64,000 nt of DNA from Alphaproteobacteria bacterium (lineage in GTDB: Bacteria > Pseudomonadota > Alphaproteobacteria > GCA-2731375). The notes below the pieces were generated by a model. It was not told the DNA's origin. It made no database searches and saw nothing but the letters and a program-made list of their open reading frames with translations. Position numbers and translations under genes: made by a program. Of this stretch, positions 1 through 11,328 are shown piece after piece. Numbering within the stretch: position 1 is the stretch's first letter; every line of letters begins with the position of its first letter. Location: the NCBI GenBank assembly GCA_965225945.1, contig CBDDBZ010000039.1, positions 608,001 through 672,000 on the forward strand, in the 5' to 3' direction.

Positions 1-1
1 T

Positions 2-436
2 TCGCCCGATTCGAAGCGGATCGTCTTCAACTCCGACCGTGGCGGCTCGCAGCAGCTCTACGTGATGGACGCCGACGGCGCGAACCAACACCGCATCAGC
101 TTCGGCAAGGGCCGCTACGCGACCCCCGTCTGGTCGCCGCGCGGCGATCTGATCGCCTTCACCAAGTTCCGCAAGGGCCGTTTTCACATCGGTGTCATGC
201 GGCCCGACGGCAGCGGCGAGCGGTTGTTGACCGAGAGCTTCCTCGACGAGGCGCCGACCTGGGCGCCGAACGGCCGGGTGCTGATGTTCTTCCGCCAGGA
301 GCGCAGCAAGAGGGACGGCGTGGCCGGCCGGGTGCGGCTGCGCTCGATCGATCTCACCGGCTACAACGAACGCGAGGTCATTACGCCGATGGATGCCTCG
401 GATCCGGCCTGGTCGCCGCTCGCGCCCTTGAATTGA
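2..436 (+). CDS. tolB: TolB beta-propeller protein, C-terminal part (5' truncated by window)
   Basis: Frame reads [22 protein letters not shown]...WSPRGD...WAPNG...DPAWSP (PD40 repeats); directly upstream of pal. Confidence 0.95.
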   Translation, partial: SPDSKRIVFNSDRGGSQQLYVMDADGANQHRISFGKGRYATPVWSPRGDLIAFTKFRKGRFHIGVMRPDGSGERLLTESFLDEAPTWAPNGRVLMFFRQERSKRDGVAGRVRLRSIDLTGYNEREVITPMDASDPAWSPLAPLN

Positions 437-643
437 GACGATGGGATCGATAGAGTTCGCGGCGAACAAATTCGGTGGTTCTCGATAATATGTCGGTGAA
501 GCGGGGACGATCCGGGGCCGGGCGTCACATTGACGGTTGCGCCCGACAGGGCTCGGAGTTTATTCGTTCGCGCGTAAAGTCGCCGGAGCATGGAGATCCC
601 ACCGGCGACGATCGCTCACGGTACCGAAAAAGGAGTTGGTTAC

Positions 644-1174
644 ATGCGGTTTCGTAACATCGGCCTGAAGGCCTTCTGCCTCATCGCCGCGCTGGGATTG
701 GCAGCCTGCACGACGCAGGAGGAACAGGCGACCGATACGGGCTCGACCGGCCAGGCGCCACAGTCCACGCAGGCGCAGCCCGTGACCGCGCAACCGGCGG
801 TGCGCGAGGGACCGGCGCCGGGTTCGCAGGAGGACCTGGACCTCAACGTCGGCAGCTTGGTCTTTTTCGATTACGACCAGTCCGACCTGACGTCCGAGGC
901 CCAGGCGACGGTCAAGAGTTGGGCCGAGTGGCTCCGGAAGTATCCGGCGGTGACGGTCACGCTCGAAGGCCATTGCGACGAGCGCGGCACGCGGGAGTAC
1001 AACCTCGGTCTCGGTGAGCGACGAGCCAGTTCCGCGCGCAATTTCCTGGTGGCCCTCGGCATCGACGATAGTCGCCTCGGCACGATCTCCTACGGCAAGG
1101 AGCGGCCGGTATGTGGGGGCTCGAACGAAGCGTGCTGGTCGCAGAACCGCCGCGATCACATGATCGTCAACTGA
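644..1174 (+). CDS. pal: Peptidoglycan-associated lipoprotein Pal
   Basis: AGGAG RBS at 631-635; lipobox LAAC; OmpA-like motif EGHCDERGTREYNLGLGERRA. Confidence 0.97.
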   Translation: MRFRNIGLKAFCLIAALGLAACTTQEEQATDTGSTGQAPQSTQAQPVTAQPAVREGPAPGSQEDLDLNVGSLVFFDYDQSDLTSEAQATVKSWAEWLRKYPAVTVTLEGHCDERGTREYNLGLGERRASSARNFLVALGIDDSRLGTISYGKERPVCGGSNEACWSQNRRDHMIVN

Positions 1175-1411
1175 CCGCTTCCAACCGGCCCGGCGACGGC
1201 GCCCGACGACCGGCCCCTGCGTGGTCGGCGCTCGGGCGCTCTTGCATGCGGCGGGCGGGTCTCCCGCGCCGCCCGACCGGGCTCGCCGCCCATGGCATGA
1301 TTCCCGCAAGCGCGATCATCCGGCTCGCACAAGGCTCGAAACCTAATTTCGCCGCATTTGGTCGTCATCTTGGCGGCATCGGTTCGTGAGGGGATGGATA
1401 AGGGGCCAGCC

Positions 1412-2395
1412 ATGTCGAGGAAGCGCGCGAGGGGTCGGATTTATTGGTCGGCGCTGGGTATTTGGGCGTTGATCGCCAGTTTCGCGGTCGTGGCCGACAC
1501 CTCCGCGCAGAGCGGCGTCACCCGCTCGCTGTTGAAGAAGATCGACAGTCTGGAGCGCAAGGTCGAGGACCTCGAGCGGCAAGTTTATCGAGGCGAGACA
1601 CCGCAGTCGCGGCCCGCATCTGCGGCCGCCGGCGGGCGGGACGCCGACCGGCGCGCCGCCGGCGTCGAACTCAGGATCACCGCGCTCGAAGACCAGCTTC
1701 GCGCGATTACCGGGCGGCTGGAGGAGAGCGAGCATCGCGTGCGCCAGCTCGAAACCCGTCACGAGCGCTTGGTCGGCGCCATGGACGCGCGGCTCAGGGA
1801 ACTCGAGCACGGCCTCGAGGGCCTCTTGGCGGGTCGAGGGCCGGCGGCGGTGGACGCCGAGGGGACGGTGGGCTCGGGTGATGCGACGACGGTGGTCTCC
1901 GGCGCCACGGCGGTCGAGCCGCGGGCAGTCGACCAGGCGGGTGGCGGCACGGCCACCGCCGGTCTCCGCACCGCGCCGGCCGCGCCCCGGCTCATCGTGC
2001 TACCGGACGGCACGCCCCGGCAGCAATACGACTACGCCCAAGCCCTGCTTCGCAAATCCAAATTCGATGCGGCGGAGCAGGCTTTCAGTGCCTTCATGGA
2101 ACTCCATCCCGACAACAAATTGGCGCCTGCGGCGAACTACTGGCTCGGCGACACGCTCTTCCTGCGCAAGGCGTACGAAGAGGCGGCGCGCGTTTTCTTC
2201 GAGGGCTATCAGCGTTTTCCCAAAGGTGCCAAGGCCAACGACACCCTGCTGAAACTCGGCCTGTCGCTCGCGCGGCTCGATCAGGTCGAGGAAGCCTGCG
2301 CGATGTACCGGGAACTGCTGACCCGCCTGCCGAAACGGGAGCGGCGTCTGCGCCCGCGCGCCGAGCGGGAGCGGCGCGACAACAAGTGTGGTTGA
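1412..2395 (+). CDS. cpoB: Tol-Pal system protein CpoB/YbgF
   Basis: Signal peptide, coiled coil, C-terminal TPR (ANYWLGD, LLKLGLSL); follows pal; start approximate. Confidence 0.92.
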   Translation: MSRKRARGRIYWSALGIWALIASFAVVADTSAQSGVTRSLLKKIDSLERKVEDLERQVYRGETPQSRPASAAAGGRDADRRAAGVELRITALEDQLRAITGRLEESEHRVRQLETRHERLVGAMDARLRELEHGLEGLLAGRGPAAVDAEGTVGSGDATTVVSGATAVEPRAVDQAGGGTATAGLRTAPAAPRLIVLPDGTPRQQYDYAQALLRKSKFDAAEQAFSAFMELHPDNKLAPAANYWLGDTLFLRKAYEEAARVFFEGYQRFPKGAKANDTLLKLGLSLARLDQVEEACAMYRELLTRLPKRERRLRPRAERERRDNKCG

Positions 2396-3773
2396 GCCGC
2401 GCGCTTCCGCGAGGAAGACGACCGAGGCGGACGGCGGCGCGCCGAGGCTCGATGCCGGGCAATTCGATGCCGCCATGGCCCGGCTCGGCCCTTACGAACC
2501 CCATCCACGCCTGGCCGTGGCCGTCTCCGGCGGTGGTGACAGCATGGCCCTCGCGCACCTCGCCGCCGCCTGGACATGGGCGCGGGGGGGGGAAGCGGTC
2601 GCGCTCACCGTCGACCACGGTCTTCGCCCGGAAGCGGCCGACGAGGCGGCCTGGGTGGGCGCGCGGATGCGGGCCCTCGGTCTCCCCCATTTCGTTTCGA
2701 GGCCCTGGGAGGTCCCGCCCGCGAGCGGCATCCAGGCTTGGGCTCGGAGCGTGCGGCGCGCGCTGCTCGCCGCCTGGTGCCGCGACCATGGCGTGATCCA
2801 TCTCCTGCTCGCCCACCAGCGCGAGGATCAGGCGGAAACCCACCTGATGCGCCGCGCCCGAGGCGATGGGCCCGGCGCGGCCGCGATGGCCCCAATTGTG
2901 GCGCGAGACGGGGTTCGCGTGCTTCGGCCCCTGCTCGACGTTTCGCGCTGCTCGCTCCGCGCCTATTTGCGCGCCCGCGGGATCGAATGGCTGGAGGATC
3001 CGAGCAACGTCGATCTGCGCTTCGAGCGGGCTCGTCTGCGCCGGCGGATGACGCCGGGGGAGGCCGATGTGGCACTCGGGCGCGCGGCGGCGGCGGCGGC
3101 CTCGCGAGGGATGATGGAAGGCGAGACGGCGCGGGCGGCCGCCCTCGTGCTATCGCCCGCGCCCGCCGGATTTTGCCTCCTGGACGGCGCCCTGTTCGCG
3201 CCCCTGCCCAGGGCGATCCGCCGGGCCCTCCTGGCGCGCGTCGCCGCCAGCGTCGGCGAGCGCGCTTGGCCGCCCCGGCGCGAACGGGTCGAGCGATTGG
3301 ATTCGGCAATTGCCGGCGGCGACCTCGGCCGGGGGCGAACGCTCGCCGGCTGCCGGGTGTTGCCGTGGCGGGAGCAAATTTTGATCTGTCGCGAGCACCG
3401 CCGGGCAACCCTGCCGCCGGCGATCGCGATCAGCGACGACGGCCCTGTTCGTTGGGATCGCTTTCAAGCCCGCCTCATCGGCCTCGCCGGCCGGTGCTGC
3501 GAGCTCCGGCTCGGCGCCCTCGGCCGCGCCACCCCGGGGACAGGCCGAGAACGGGCCCGCGTACCGGCGCCGGCACTGGCGAGCCTGCCGGCGCTCTACG
3601 ACGCGAACGGCCCGCTCATCGTCCCCCACCTCGGCTTCCGCCGGGCCGATGCCGGCGCGCTCCGCCTGGAAATCGAGCTCGAACCCCGCAACCCGATCGT
3701 CGCCTGGCCCTTCCCCGTGACCGGAACCGCTTGCGATCCTCGGTCTGGAGCGCCAGATTGCGCCGATGAATAA
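2388..3773 (+). CDS. tilS: tRNA(Ile)-lysidine synthetase
   Basis: PP-loop AVSGGGDSMAL, TVDHGLR, AHQREDQAET, EDPSN. Confidence 0.95.
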   Translation: MVEPRASARKTTEADGGAPRLDAGQFDAAMARLGPYEPHPRLAVAVSGGGDSMALAHLAAAWTWARGGEAVALTVDHGLRPEAADEAAWVGARMRALGLPHFVSRPWEVPPASGIQAWARSVRRALLAAWCRDHGVIHLLLAHQREDQAETHLMRRARGDGPGAAAMAPIVARDGVRVLRPLLDVSRCSLRAYLRARGIEWLEDPSNVDLRFERARLRRRMTPGEADVALGRAAAAAASRGMMEGETARAAALVLSPAPAGFCLLDGALFAPLPRAIRRALLARVAASVGERAWPPRRERVERLDSAIAGGDLGRGRTLAGCRVLPWREQILICREHRRATLPPAIAISDDGPVRWDRFQARLIGLAGRCCELRLGALGRATPGTGRERARVPAPALASLPALYDANGPLIVPHLGFRRADAGALRLEIELEPRNPIVAWPFPVTGTACDPRSGAPDCADE

Positions 3774-4470
3774 TCGCGACCGCAACGTGGGGCCGGTGCC
3801 GAGGCTCGACCATGTCGAGTATTGGATCTTCGATCTCGACAACACGCTCTATTCCGCCCGGCACAACCTGTTCGCCCAGATCGACCAGCGGATGGGGGAG
3901 TTCGTCGCCGATTTTCTGGATCTCGATCCGGTGGCGGCGAAGCGGGTCCAAAAATCCTTCTTCCACCAGCACGGCACCACGCTTCGCGGCATGATGCTGG
4001 AGCACGCCATGGCGCCGGAACCCTTCCTCGACTACGTGCACGAGATCGACCTCTCCGTGATCCCGCCCGACAGCCGGCTCGACGCGGCCCTCGAAAGCCT
4101 GCCGGGACGGAAGTTCATCTTCACCAACGCGTCGAGCGGGCATGCCGATCGGGTCACCCGCCGTCTCGGCATTCGCCGTCATTTCGAGGATCTCTTCGAC
4201 ATCGTCGATTGCGACTACCTGCCGAAGCCGACGCGGGCGCCGTACGAGAAGCTGCTGTCTCGCCATGGCATGGAGGCCCGCCGCGCCGCCATGTTCGAGG
4301 ATATTCCCCGCAATCTGGAGCCCGCCGCCGCGCTAGGCATGACCACGGTCCTGGTGCCCAACCCGAGCGCCTGGGCGCGCGACGGTTCGGATGGCGGCCA
4401 CATCCACCACGTGGTCGAGGATCTAGGCGAATGGCTCGCCGCCGTCGCCCGGGCCCGCGCCGCCGGTTGA
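3766..4470 (+). CDS. Pyrimidine 5'-nucleotidase (HAD family)
   Basis: WIFDLDNTLY, HGTTLRG, PKP, MFEDIPRNL motifs; usual position before dapD. Confidence 0.9.
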   Translation: MNNRDRNVGPVPRLDHVEYWIFDLDNTLYSARHNLFAQIDQRMGEFVADFLDLDPVAAKRVQKSFFHQHGTTLRGMMLEHAMAPEPFLDYVHEIDLSVIPPDSRLDAALESLPGRKFIFTNASSGHADRVTRRLGIRRHFEDLFDIVDCDYLPKPTRAPYEKLLSRHGMEARRAAMFEDIPRNLEPAAALGMTTVLVPNPSAWARDGSDGGHIHHVVEDLGEWLAAVARARAAG

Positions 4471-4525
4471 CAGGGCGCGCGTCCGGGATTAGTCCCGGCG
4501 CGACGTGTTTCCGGGAGGGATGACG

Positions 4526-5371
4526 ATGGACACGGCGAGGCTCGAAGCCGCAATCGATGCCGCCTGGGAAGACCGTGACGCCCTGAGTCCGGCCACCGGG
4601 GGCGAGACCAGAGAGGCGATCGAAGCGGCGCTCGATGGGCTGGATCGCGGCGACTTTCGCGTCGCCGAGAAGCGGGCCGAGGGCTGGCACACCAACCAGT
4701 GGCTGAAGAAGGCGGTGCTGCTGTCCTTCCGGCTCTACGACATGGCGCCGGTTCCGGGCGGTCCCGGCGAGAACGCCCCCTGGTTCGACAAGGTGGCGTC
4801 TAAGTTCGAAGGTTGGGGCGAGAACCGCTTCCGCGACGCCGGCTTCCGCGCGGTGCCGAACTGCATCGTCCGCCGCTCCGCCCATATCGCGCCGGGCGTC
4901 GTGCTGATGCCCTGCTTCGTCAATCTCGGTGCCCGGGTCGGCGCGCGCACCATGATCGATACCTGGGCCACCGTCGGAAGTTGTGCCCAGGTCGGCGAGA
5001 ATTGCCATATCTCCGGCGGCACCGGGATCGCCGGGGTGCTGGAGCCGCTGCAGGCCGATCCGGTGATCATCGAGGACAACTGCTTCGTCGGCGCGCGATC
5101 CGAGGTGGCGGAAGGCGTCATCGTCGAGGAGGGCTCGGTGCTGTCGATGGGCGTCTACATCGGCGCCTCGACCCGCATCATCGACCGCAACAGCGGCGAG
5201 ATCCACCAGGGCCGCGTGCCGGCCTATTCGGTCGTCGTGCCGGGCACGTTGCCCGGCGGAACGCTGCCCGACGGTTCGCCCGGACCCAACCTCTACTGCG
5301 CGGTGATCGTCAAGACGGTCGATGCCGGCACCCGGGCCAAGACCTCGATCAACGAGCTGCTGCGGAGCTGA
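4526..5371 (+). CDS. dapD: Tetrahydrodipicolinate N-succinyltransferase
   Basis: [24 protein letters not shown], hexapeptide repeats, KTSINELLR. Confidence 0.97.
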   Translation: MDTARLEAAIDAAWEDRDALSPATGGETREAIEAALDGLDRGDFRVAEKRAEGWHTNQWLKKAVLLSFRLYDMAPVPGGPGENAPWFDKVASKFEGWGENRFRDAGFRAVPNCIVRRSAHIAPGVVLMPCFVNLGARVGARTMIDTWATVGSCAQVGENCHISGGTGIAGVLEPLQADPVIIEDNCFVGARSEVAEGVIVEEGSVLSMGVYIGASTRIIDRNSGEIHQGRVPAYSVVVPGTLPGGTLPDGSPGPNLYCAVIVKTVDAGTRAKTSINELLRS

Positions 5372-5394
5372 GGCGCGGACGCGATGGCCAGCCG

Positions 5395-6537
5395 ATGACG
5401 AATCGTGCCGGCGTCGATGCGCTTCGGCTGGCCGGCGAGTTGATCCGCTGCGAGAGCGTGACGCCTCTCGAGGGCGGCGCGCTCGATCTCTTGGGCGATG
5501 TGCTGAGTGGCCTCGGCTTCGTTTGCCACCGTCTGCCTTTCGCCGAGGTCGACAATCTCTACGCGCGTTTCGGCACCACCCGCCCCAACTTCTGCTTCGC
5601 CGGCCACACCGACGTGGTGCCGAGCGGCGATCCGGGCGAATGGAAGGTGCCGCCCTTTGCCGGCGAAGTGGTGGACGGCATGCTCGAGGGACGCGGCGCC
5701 GCCGACATGAAGGGGGCGATCGCCGCCTTCGCCGCCGCCGCCGCCGGCCTGATCGAAGCGCGGGGCGCATCGCTCGACGGCTCGATCAGCCTGCTCATCA
5801 CCGGGGACGAGGAAGGTCCCGCCGTCAACGGCACGGTGAAGGTGCTGGACTGGCTGGGTGCCAACGGCGAAAGGCTGGACCATTGCCTGGTGGGCGAGCC
5901 GACCAATCCGACCCGGCTCGGCGAGATGATCAAGAACGGTCGCCGCGGCAGCCTGAACGCCTGGATCACCGCGCACGGCGCCGGAGGCCACGTCGCCTAT
6001 CCGCACCTCGCCGACAATCCCGTGCCGCGCCTCACGCGCATCTTGCGGCGCCTGCAGGACCGCCGTTTCCATGATGGCGACGACCAATTCCAGGCGACCA
6101 ACCTGGAAGTGACGGCGATCGAGGTCGACAGTTCCGCCACCAACGTCATTCCCGGCGCCGCTAGGGCGCGCCTCAACATTCGCTTCAACACCCAGCACTC
6201 GGGCGCCAGCCTCTCCGAGTGGTTGCGCCGGCAATGCGCGGCGGTAGGTGGCGAGAACGAGTTGGAGATCCAGGTGAGCGGCGAGCCGTTCCTGACCGCG
6301 CCCGGCGATTTCACCGACCTCCTGATCGCGGCGATCGAGGCCGAGACCGGCATCCGCCCCGAGCTCTCGACCACCGGCGGCACCTCGGATGCGCGCTTCA
6401 TCAAGGATCATTGCCCGGTGGCCGAGTTCGGCCTGATCAGCCGGACCATGCATAAGGTCGACGAACGGGTCGCCGCCGCCGACATCGAGGGCCTGACGCG
6501 GATCTACGCCCGGATTCTCGAAAGCTATTTCGCCTGA
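5395..6537 (+). CDS. dapE: Succinyl-diaminopimelate desuccinylase
   Basis: [41 protein letters not shown]. Confidence 0.97.
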   Translation: MTNRAGVDALRLAGELIRCESVTPLEGGALDLLGDVLSGLGFVCHRLPFAEVDNLYARFGTTRPNFCFAGHTDVVPSGDPGEWKVPPFAGEVVDGMLEGRGAADMKGAIAAFAAAAAGLIEARGASLDGSISLLITGDEEGPAVNGTVKVLDWLGANGERLDHCLVGEPTNPTRLGEMIKNGRRGSLNAWITAHGAGGHVAYPHLADNPVPRLTRILRRLQDRRFHDGDDQFQATNLEVTAIEVDSSATNVIPGAARARLNIRFNTQHSGASLSEWLRRQCAAVGGENELEIQVSGEPFLTAPGDFTDLLIAAIEAETGIRPELSTTGGTSDARFIKDHCPVAEFGLISRTMHKVDERVAAADIEGLTRIYARILESYFA

Positions 6538-6538
6538 G

Positions 6539-7117
6539 ATGGTGAGCCGGGCCGAAATCAACAGCTCGATTTACGGGGCTTGGCGCGTCGCCTTCATCGA
6601 CCCGGCCGCATTGCGCTATTTCAACGTGACGATCGAGGGCTTCTGGCACTCCTTCGTGGCGATCCCCATCACCCTCGTTCTCGTGCTGCCGCAGTTCGTT
6701 TTCGACCATGCGGCAGCGCTGCGCGAGGGGGCGGAGACGGTCTCGGTCGAGCTCTTCACGACGGTAAAGGTGGCGACGTTTCTGGCGGTGTGGATGGTTT
6801 TTCCGGTGGCGATGATCTGGATTTCTCGCCTCCTCCGACTCACCGATCGCTACGTCCAGTTCATCATCGTGTGGAATTGGGGCAACGTGGTGGGTAGCGC
6901 CTTCATGTTGCCGGCGGCAGCACTTCACGGCTTTGCCTTCCCCACGGAGGGGATGGCGGGAACGATCCTGCTGATGTTCGTATTGGCGCTGCTGTATTAC
7001 GGCGTCCAGGTGGCGCGGGCCGGGCTCGCCTGCGGCCTCGGGACCGCGGTCGGCATCCTCGTCTTCGAATTCGTTCTGCACATGTTGATCGACGCGCTCG
7101 CCAGGACCGTCACGTGA
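6539..7117 (+). CDS. Hypothetical membrane protein
   Basis: About five hydrophobic segments; starts 1 nt after the dapE stop. Confidence 0.75.
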   Translation: MVSRAEINSSIYGAWRVAFIDPAALRYFNVTIEGFWHSFVAIPITLVLVLPQFVFDHAAALREGAETVSVELFTTVKVATFLAVWMVFPVAMIWISRLLRLTDRYVQFIIVWNWGNVVGSAFMLPAAALHGFAFPTEGMAGTILLMFVLALLYYGVQVARAGLACGLGTAVGILVFEFVLHMLIDALARTVT

Positions 7118-7874
7118 CCGCCGCCCCGCCCTCTTCCGGATAGCCTACGGAGACGAGATAGAGGCCGTCGGGCGGCGCCACGGGGCCGCAGGCGGCGCGG
7201 TCGCGGGCAGCAAGCGCGGCTTCGAGGTCCGCCGCTGACCAGGCACCCTCCCCCACCCGCTTCAAGCTGCCGACGATCGAGCGGACTTGAGTGTGCAGGA
7301 ACGAGCGTGTCCGCGCGGTCACGTGGATCTCCTCGCCCACCTCCACCACCTCCAGCCCATCGAGGGTCTTCACCGGCGACTCGGCCTGACACTCGGCGGC
7401 GCGGAAGGTCGTGAAATCATGCCGGCCCAGGAGAATTGGCGCCGCGTCGGCCATCGCCGCCACGTCGAGCCGGCCCCCCACGTGCCAGACCCGGCCGCGC
7501 GTCATCGTCGGTGGCGGCCGGCGGTTCAACAGGCGATAGCGGTAGCATCTCTCGACGGCGGCGAAACGGGCGTGGAATTCGTCGCCGACGGCCCGGACCT
7601 CCAATACCGCAATCGCCGCCGGCTTCAGGTGGAAGTTGGCGGCGTCGCGGATCGCGTCGAGCGGGCGCGCCGGCGCCAGATCCACATGGGCGACCTGGCC
7701 CAGCGCGTGCACCCCGGCATCGGTCCGCCCCGCGCCCTGGACCGTCGGGGGTGAATTCGCGAGCGGCGCCAACGCCGCCTCCAGCGCCGCCTGGATCGAG
7801 GGCCCGTTGATTTGCCGCTGCCAGCCGACAAAGCCGCGACCGTCATATTCGATGGTGAGGCGGTAGCGCGGCAT
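7110..7874 (-). CDS. truA: tRNA pseudouridine(38-40) synthase
   Basis: [30 protein letters not shown]. Confidence 0.96.
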   Translation of the reverse strand: MPRYRLTIEYDGRGFVGWQRQINGPSIQAALEAALAPLANSPPTVQGAGRTDAGVHALGQVAHVDLAPARPLDAIRDAANFHLKPAAIAVLEVRAVGDEFHARFAAVERCYRYRLLNRRPPPTMTRGRVWHVGGRLDVAAMADAAPILLGRHDFTTFRAAECQAESPVKTLDGLEVVEVGEEIHVTARTRSFLHTQVRSIVGSLKRVGEGAWSAADLEAALAARDRAACGPVAPPDGLYLVSVGYPEEGGAAVT

Positions 7875-7877
7875 GGC

Positions 7878-8801
7878 TCAGCCGAGCCGGCTTCCCGGCG
7901 CCAGCGCCACGCCGCGCAGGAAGGCCTCCGCGTCGAGCGCTGCCTTGCCCGCCCGTTGCAGCCGCAAGAGGCGAAGCGCGCCCTCGCCGCAAGCCACCCT
8001 CGGGCCCGTGTCCAGCACGGTACCCGGGGCGCCGTCCCCCACCACGGCCTCGGCCAGAAGCAGCTTGATCCGCTCATCCTCGAATTCGAACCAGGCGCCG
8101 GGATAGGGCGAGAGCCCGCGCACCCGGTCGGCGAGCCGCTTCGCCGCCAGCGTCCACTCGATCCTCGCTTCCGCCTTGTCGATTTTGTGGGCGTAGGTGG
8201 CGCCGATCTCCGGTTGCGGCCGGGCCACGAGGTCGCCGGCGTCGAGACCGGCGAGGGTCCGGAGCATCAGCGCGCCGCCGGCCTCGGCCAGTCGATCGTG
8301 CAACTGACCCGCCGTCATCAGCGGCGCAATCCCAATCCGCTCGGCCAGCAACATCGGCCCGGTATCGAGGCCTTCGTCGATCGCCATGGTGGTGATGCCG
8401 GTCTCCTTGTCGCCGGCCATGATCGCCCGCTGTATCGGCGCCGCGCCGCGCCAGCGCGGCAACAGCGAGGCATGCAAGTTGAGGCAACCGAGGCGTGGCG
8501 CCCGAAGCATCGCCGGCGGTAGGATCAGGCCGTAGGCGACGACCACGGCGGCGTCGAGCTCGAGTTCGGCGAAGGCCGCCTGCACCGCCTCGTCGCCGAG
8601 GCTGGTCGGATGGGCGAGCGCGAGTCCGTGCGCCCGCGCCACCACCTCGACCGGCGACGGCCGGGCCCGATGGCCCCGCCCGGCCGGGCGGGGCGGCTGG
8701 GTATAGACGCGGCGGATGTCGTGCCCGGCGGCGATCAGCGCCTCCAGCGTCGGCACCGCGAAATCGGGCGTTCCCATGAAGGCGAGGACGCGCGGCCGCA
8801 T
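7878..8801 (-). CDS. fmt: Methionyl-tRNA formyltransferase
   Basis: [28 protein letters not shown]. Confidence 0.97.
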   Translation of the reverse strand: MRPRVLAFMGTPDFAVPTLEALIAAGHDIRRVYTQPPRPAGRGHRARPSPVEVVARAHGLALAHPTSLGDEAVQAAFAELELDAAVVVAYGLILPPAMLRAPRLGCLNLHASLLPRWRGAAPIQRAIMAGDKETGITTMAIDEGLDTGPMLLAERIGIAPLMTAGQLHDRLAEAGGALMLRTLAGLDAGDLVARPQPEIGATYAHKIDKAEARIEWTLAAKRLADRVRGLSPYPGAWFEFEDERIKLLLAEAVVGDGAPGTVLDTGPRVACGEGALRLLRLQRAGKAALDAEAFLRGVALAPGSRLG

Positions 8802-8824
8802 CGCCCCTCTCCCGCCCGGCCGGC

Positions 8825-9346
8825 TCAGGCCGAGGCCTTTTGCTTGCGCGACTTGATCAGCTTGCGCAGGATGATGTTCCGCTTCAGCGCCGAGAGATGG
8901 TCGACGAAGAGGATTCCGTCCAGGTGGTCGTATTCGTGCTGGATGCAGCGGGCGAGGATGGCGTCGGCCTCCAGCGTGCGCTCGACCCCGTCACGGTCCC
9001 GGTAGCGGACCGTGCAGCTCGAAGGCCGCTCGATCTCGGCGAAATGCTCGGGCAGCGACAGGCAGCCTTCGCTGTAGACCGCGCCCTCGTCGGAAACCCG
9101 GTCTATCACCGGATTGATCAGGAAATGCGGCGCGCGGGAGCCGTCGTCGTCGTGGCTGACGTCGAGCACGATCAGCCGCTTCGCCACGCCCACCTGGATC
9201 GCCGAGAGGCCGATGCCCGGCGCCTCGCGCATCGTCTCCAGCATGTCGTCCATCAACCGGCGGAGCTTGTCGTCGATGTCCTCCACCGGTTCGGAACGCA
9301 CCTTGAGACGCGGGTCCGGGGCGATGATCACGGGCAACAGGCTCAT
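8825..9346 (-). CDS. def: Peptide deformylase
   Basis: [22 protein letters not shown]; def-fmt-truA order. Confidence 0.97.
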   Translation of the reverse strand: MSLLPVIIAPDPRLKVRSEPVEDIDDKLRRLMDDMLETMREAPGIGLSAIQVGVAKRLIVLDVSHDDDGSRAPHFLINPVIDRVSDEGAVYSEGCLSLPEHFAEIERPSSCTVRYRDRDGVERTLEADAILARCIQHEYDHLDGILFVDHLSALKRNIILRKLIKSRKQKASA

Positions 9347-9582
9347 GGACGTAATCCGGGCGGCGGCGTGGCGTTACGCGCCCGGGTTACCTAGTCGCTC
9401 CCCCGAAAAGCGTCAAGCCGGAGCGGGACCTCGCGGGGTGGCTCGGCCGGATCGAGGAGGTCCGGCTCGAGGACCCGGCGGCGGCGATCGCCCCGCCGCC
9501 GGGCGAGGAGTCCCCGCCGGCTTGATTTTCCAAGCACCGAGCCGCAGGCTTTGGCCCGACGAGCAAGCGGGGCGAGGGACAG

Positions 9583-10830
9583 ATGCGGCAAGACGGGGCG
9601 GAAATCGGCGCCGAGATCGAATGGCCGAGGGGCGACAACACCCGCGTGCCTTACCAGGTCTTCATGGACGAACGGGTCCACGCCCGCGAGCAGGCGCGGA
9701 TCTTCCAGGGCCCGAGCTGGCAGTTCCTCTGTCTCGCCGACGAGGTGGCGGCGCCCGGCGACTGGAAGACCGGCTTCCTCGGCGAGACGCCCATCGTCGT
9801 CACCCGTGACGAGAAGAGCGCGATCAACGCCTTCGAGAACCGCTGCGTCCACAAGGGCTCGCTGGTTTGCCTGGCCGACCGGGGGAACGACGCGGCGCTC
9901 ACCTGCGTTTACCACAACTGGACATACGACCTGGCGGGAAGGCTGCAGAGCGTCGCCTTCCGACGCGGCATCAAGGGCGAGGGCGGCATGGGCGAGGGCT
10001 TCCGGCTGGCCGATCACCGCCTACGGCCGCTCCGGGTGGCCGAAATCGCCGGCCTCGTCTTCGCCACCTTCGCTTCGGACGGGCCCAGCCTCGAGGACCA
10101 TATCGGGCCCGAGATCGTCGCGCGCCTGCACCGAGTGCTGAACCGCCCCGTCCGGATCCTCGGCTATCACGCGCAGTATTTGGCGAACAACTGGAAGCTC
10201 TACGTCGAGAACGTCAAGGACACCTACCACGCAGGGCTACTGCACCTCTTCTTCGCCACCTTCAAGCTGAACCGGCTCGCCTCCGAGGGCGGCGTCGTGA
10301 TCGACGAGAGCGGCGGCAACCACGCGAGCTATTCCCGCCGCCGGACCATCCACGCCGACGACGAATACGATTCCGACCGGCTGCGCGCGAGCCGCGAAGA
10401 CTACGCGCTGGCCGATCCCTCGCTGCTGGACTCGATCGACGAGTTCGGCGACGGCATCAACGTGCAGATCCTGACCGTGTTCCCAAATTTCGTATTGCAG
10501 CAGGTGGAGAACTCGATCGCCGTGCGCCAGATCTTGCCGAAGGGGCGGTACGAGACGGAGCTGCTCTGGACCGTGCTGGGCTTCGAGGACGACGACGAGG
10601 CGATGGTCGAAATGCGCCTGAAGCAGGCCAACCTGATCGGCCCCGCCGGCTACATCTCGATGGAGGACGGCGCCGTCGGCGGCTTCGTGCAGCGGGGCAT
10701 CCACGGCGGCGGCGATGCGGCCTCCATTGTCGAGATGGGGGGCGCGGGCGAGGTAAGCCAAGCGACACGGGCGACCGAGGCCTCGGTGCGCGGCTTCTGG
10801 CGCGCCTACCGCCGGGCCATGGGCTATTGA
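9583..10830 (+). CDS. Rieske aromatic ring-hydroxylating oxygenase alpha subunit (salicylate 5-hydroxylase/anthranilate dioxygenase-like)
   Basis: Rieske CVH...CVYH; mononuclear Fe motif NWKLYVENVKDTYHAGLLH; GPAGYISMEDG. Confidence 0.9.
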   Translation: MRQDGAEIGAEIEWPRGDNTRVPYQVFMDERVHAREQARIFQGPSWQFLCLADEVAAPGDWKTGFLGETPIVVTRDEKSAINAFENRCVHKGSLVCLADRGNDAALTCVYHNWTYDLAGRLQSVAFRRGIKGEGGMGEGFRLADHRLRPLRVAEIAGLVFATFASDGPSLEDHIGPEIVARLHRVLNRPVRILGYHAQYLANNWKLYVENVKDTYHAGLLHLFFATFKLNRLASEGGVVIDESGGNHASYSRRRTIHADDEYDSDRLRASREDYALADPSLLDSIDEFGDGINVQILTVFPNFVLQQVENSIAVRQILPKGRYETELLWTVLGFEDDDEAMVEMRLKQANLIGPAGYISMEDGAVGGFVQRGIHGGGDAASIVEMGGAGEVSQATRATEASVRGFWRAYRRAMGY

Positions 10831-10832
10831 GA

Positions 10833-11309
10833 ATGCGGGCCGAGCTGGAAACGCGGCTGGAGGTGGAGGATCTTTCGGCCCGTTACGCCGACTGTCTGGA
10901 CCAGGGCCGCTTCGAGGAATGGCCCGAGTTCTTCGAGGCCGATGGCCGCTACAAGATCATCTCGGCGGAGAACCACGAGATGGGCCTGCCCTTGGGCGTC
11001 ATCGACTGCCGGGGCCGGGCGATGATGCGGGACCGGATCACCGCGCTCCGCGACGCCAACATCTACGAGGCACAGCGCTATCGCCACGTGCTCTCGACCG
11101 CGCTGATCCGCGCCGCCGACGGCGCGACCATCCGGGCCGAGACCAGCTATCAGGTGACGCGGACCATGCGCGACGGCCTGGCGATGCTGTTCAGCGTCGG
11201 GCGCTATCTCGACACCTTGGTCCGCCGGGGAGACGACCTCCACCTCGCCCAACGCCTGGTCGTGTTCGACAACCGGCGGATCGACACGCTGCTGGTGATC
11301 CCGCTCTGA
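10833..11309 (+). CDS. Ring-hydroxylating oxygenase beta subunit
   Basis: YADCLD..FEEWPEFF, ANIYE..YRH, IDTLLVIPL; 2 nt after alpha subunit. Confidence 0.9.
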   Translation: MRAELETRLEVEDLSARYADCLDQGRFEEWPEFFEADGRYKIISAENHEMGLPLGVIDCRGRAMMRDRITALRDANIYEAQRYRHVLSTALIRAADGATIRAETSYQVTRTMRDGLAMLFSVGRYLDTLVRRGDDLHLAQRLVVFDNRRIDTLLVIPL

Positions 11310-11328
11310 ATCGAGCGCGGATGCCGCT

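Noticed and set aside
1293-1308. TGGCATG-N4-CCGCA, GG-N10-GC spacing upstream of cpoB
   Set aside because: The -12 element lacks TT and there is no supporting upstream site; plausible by chance
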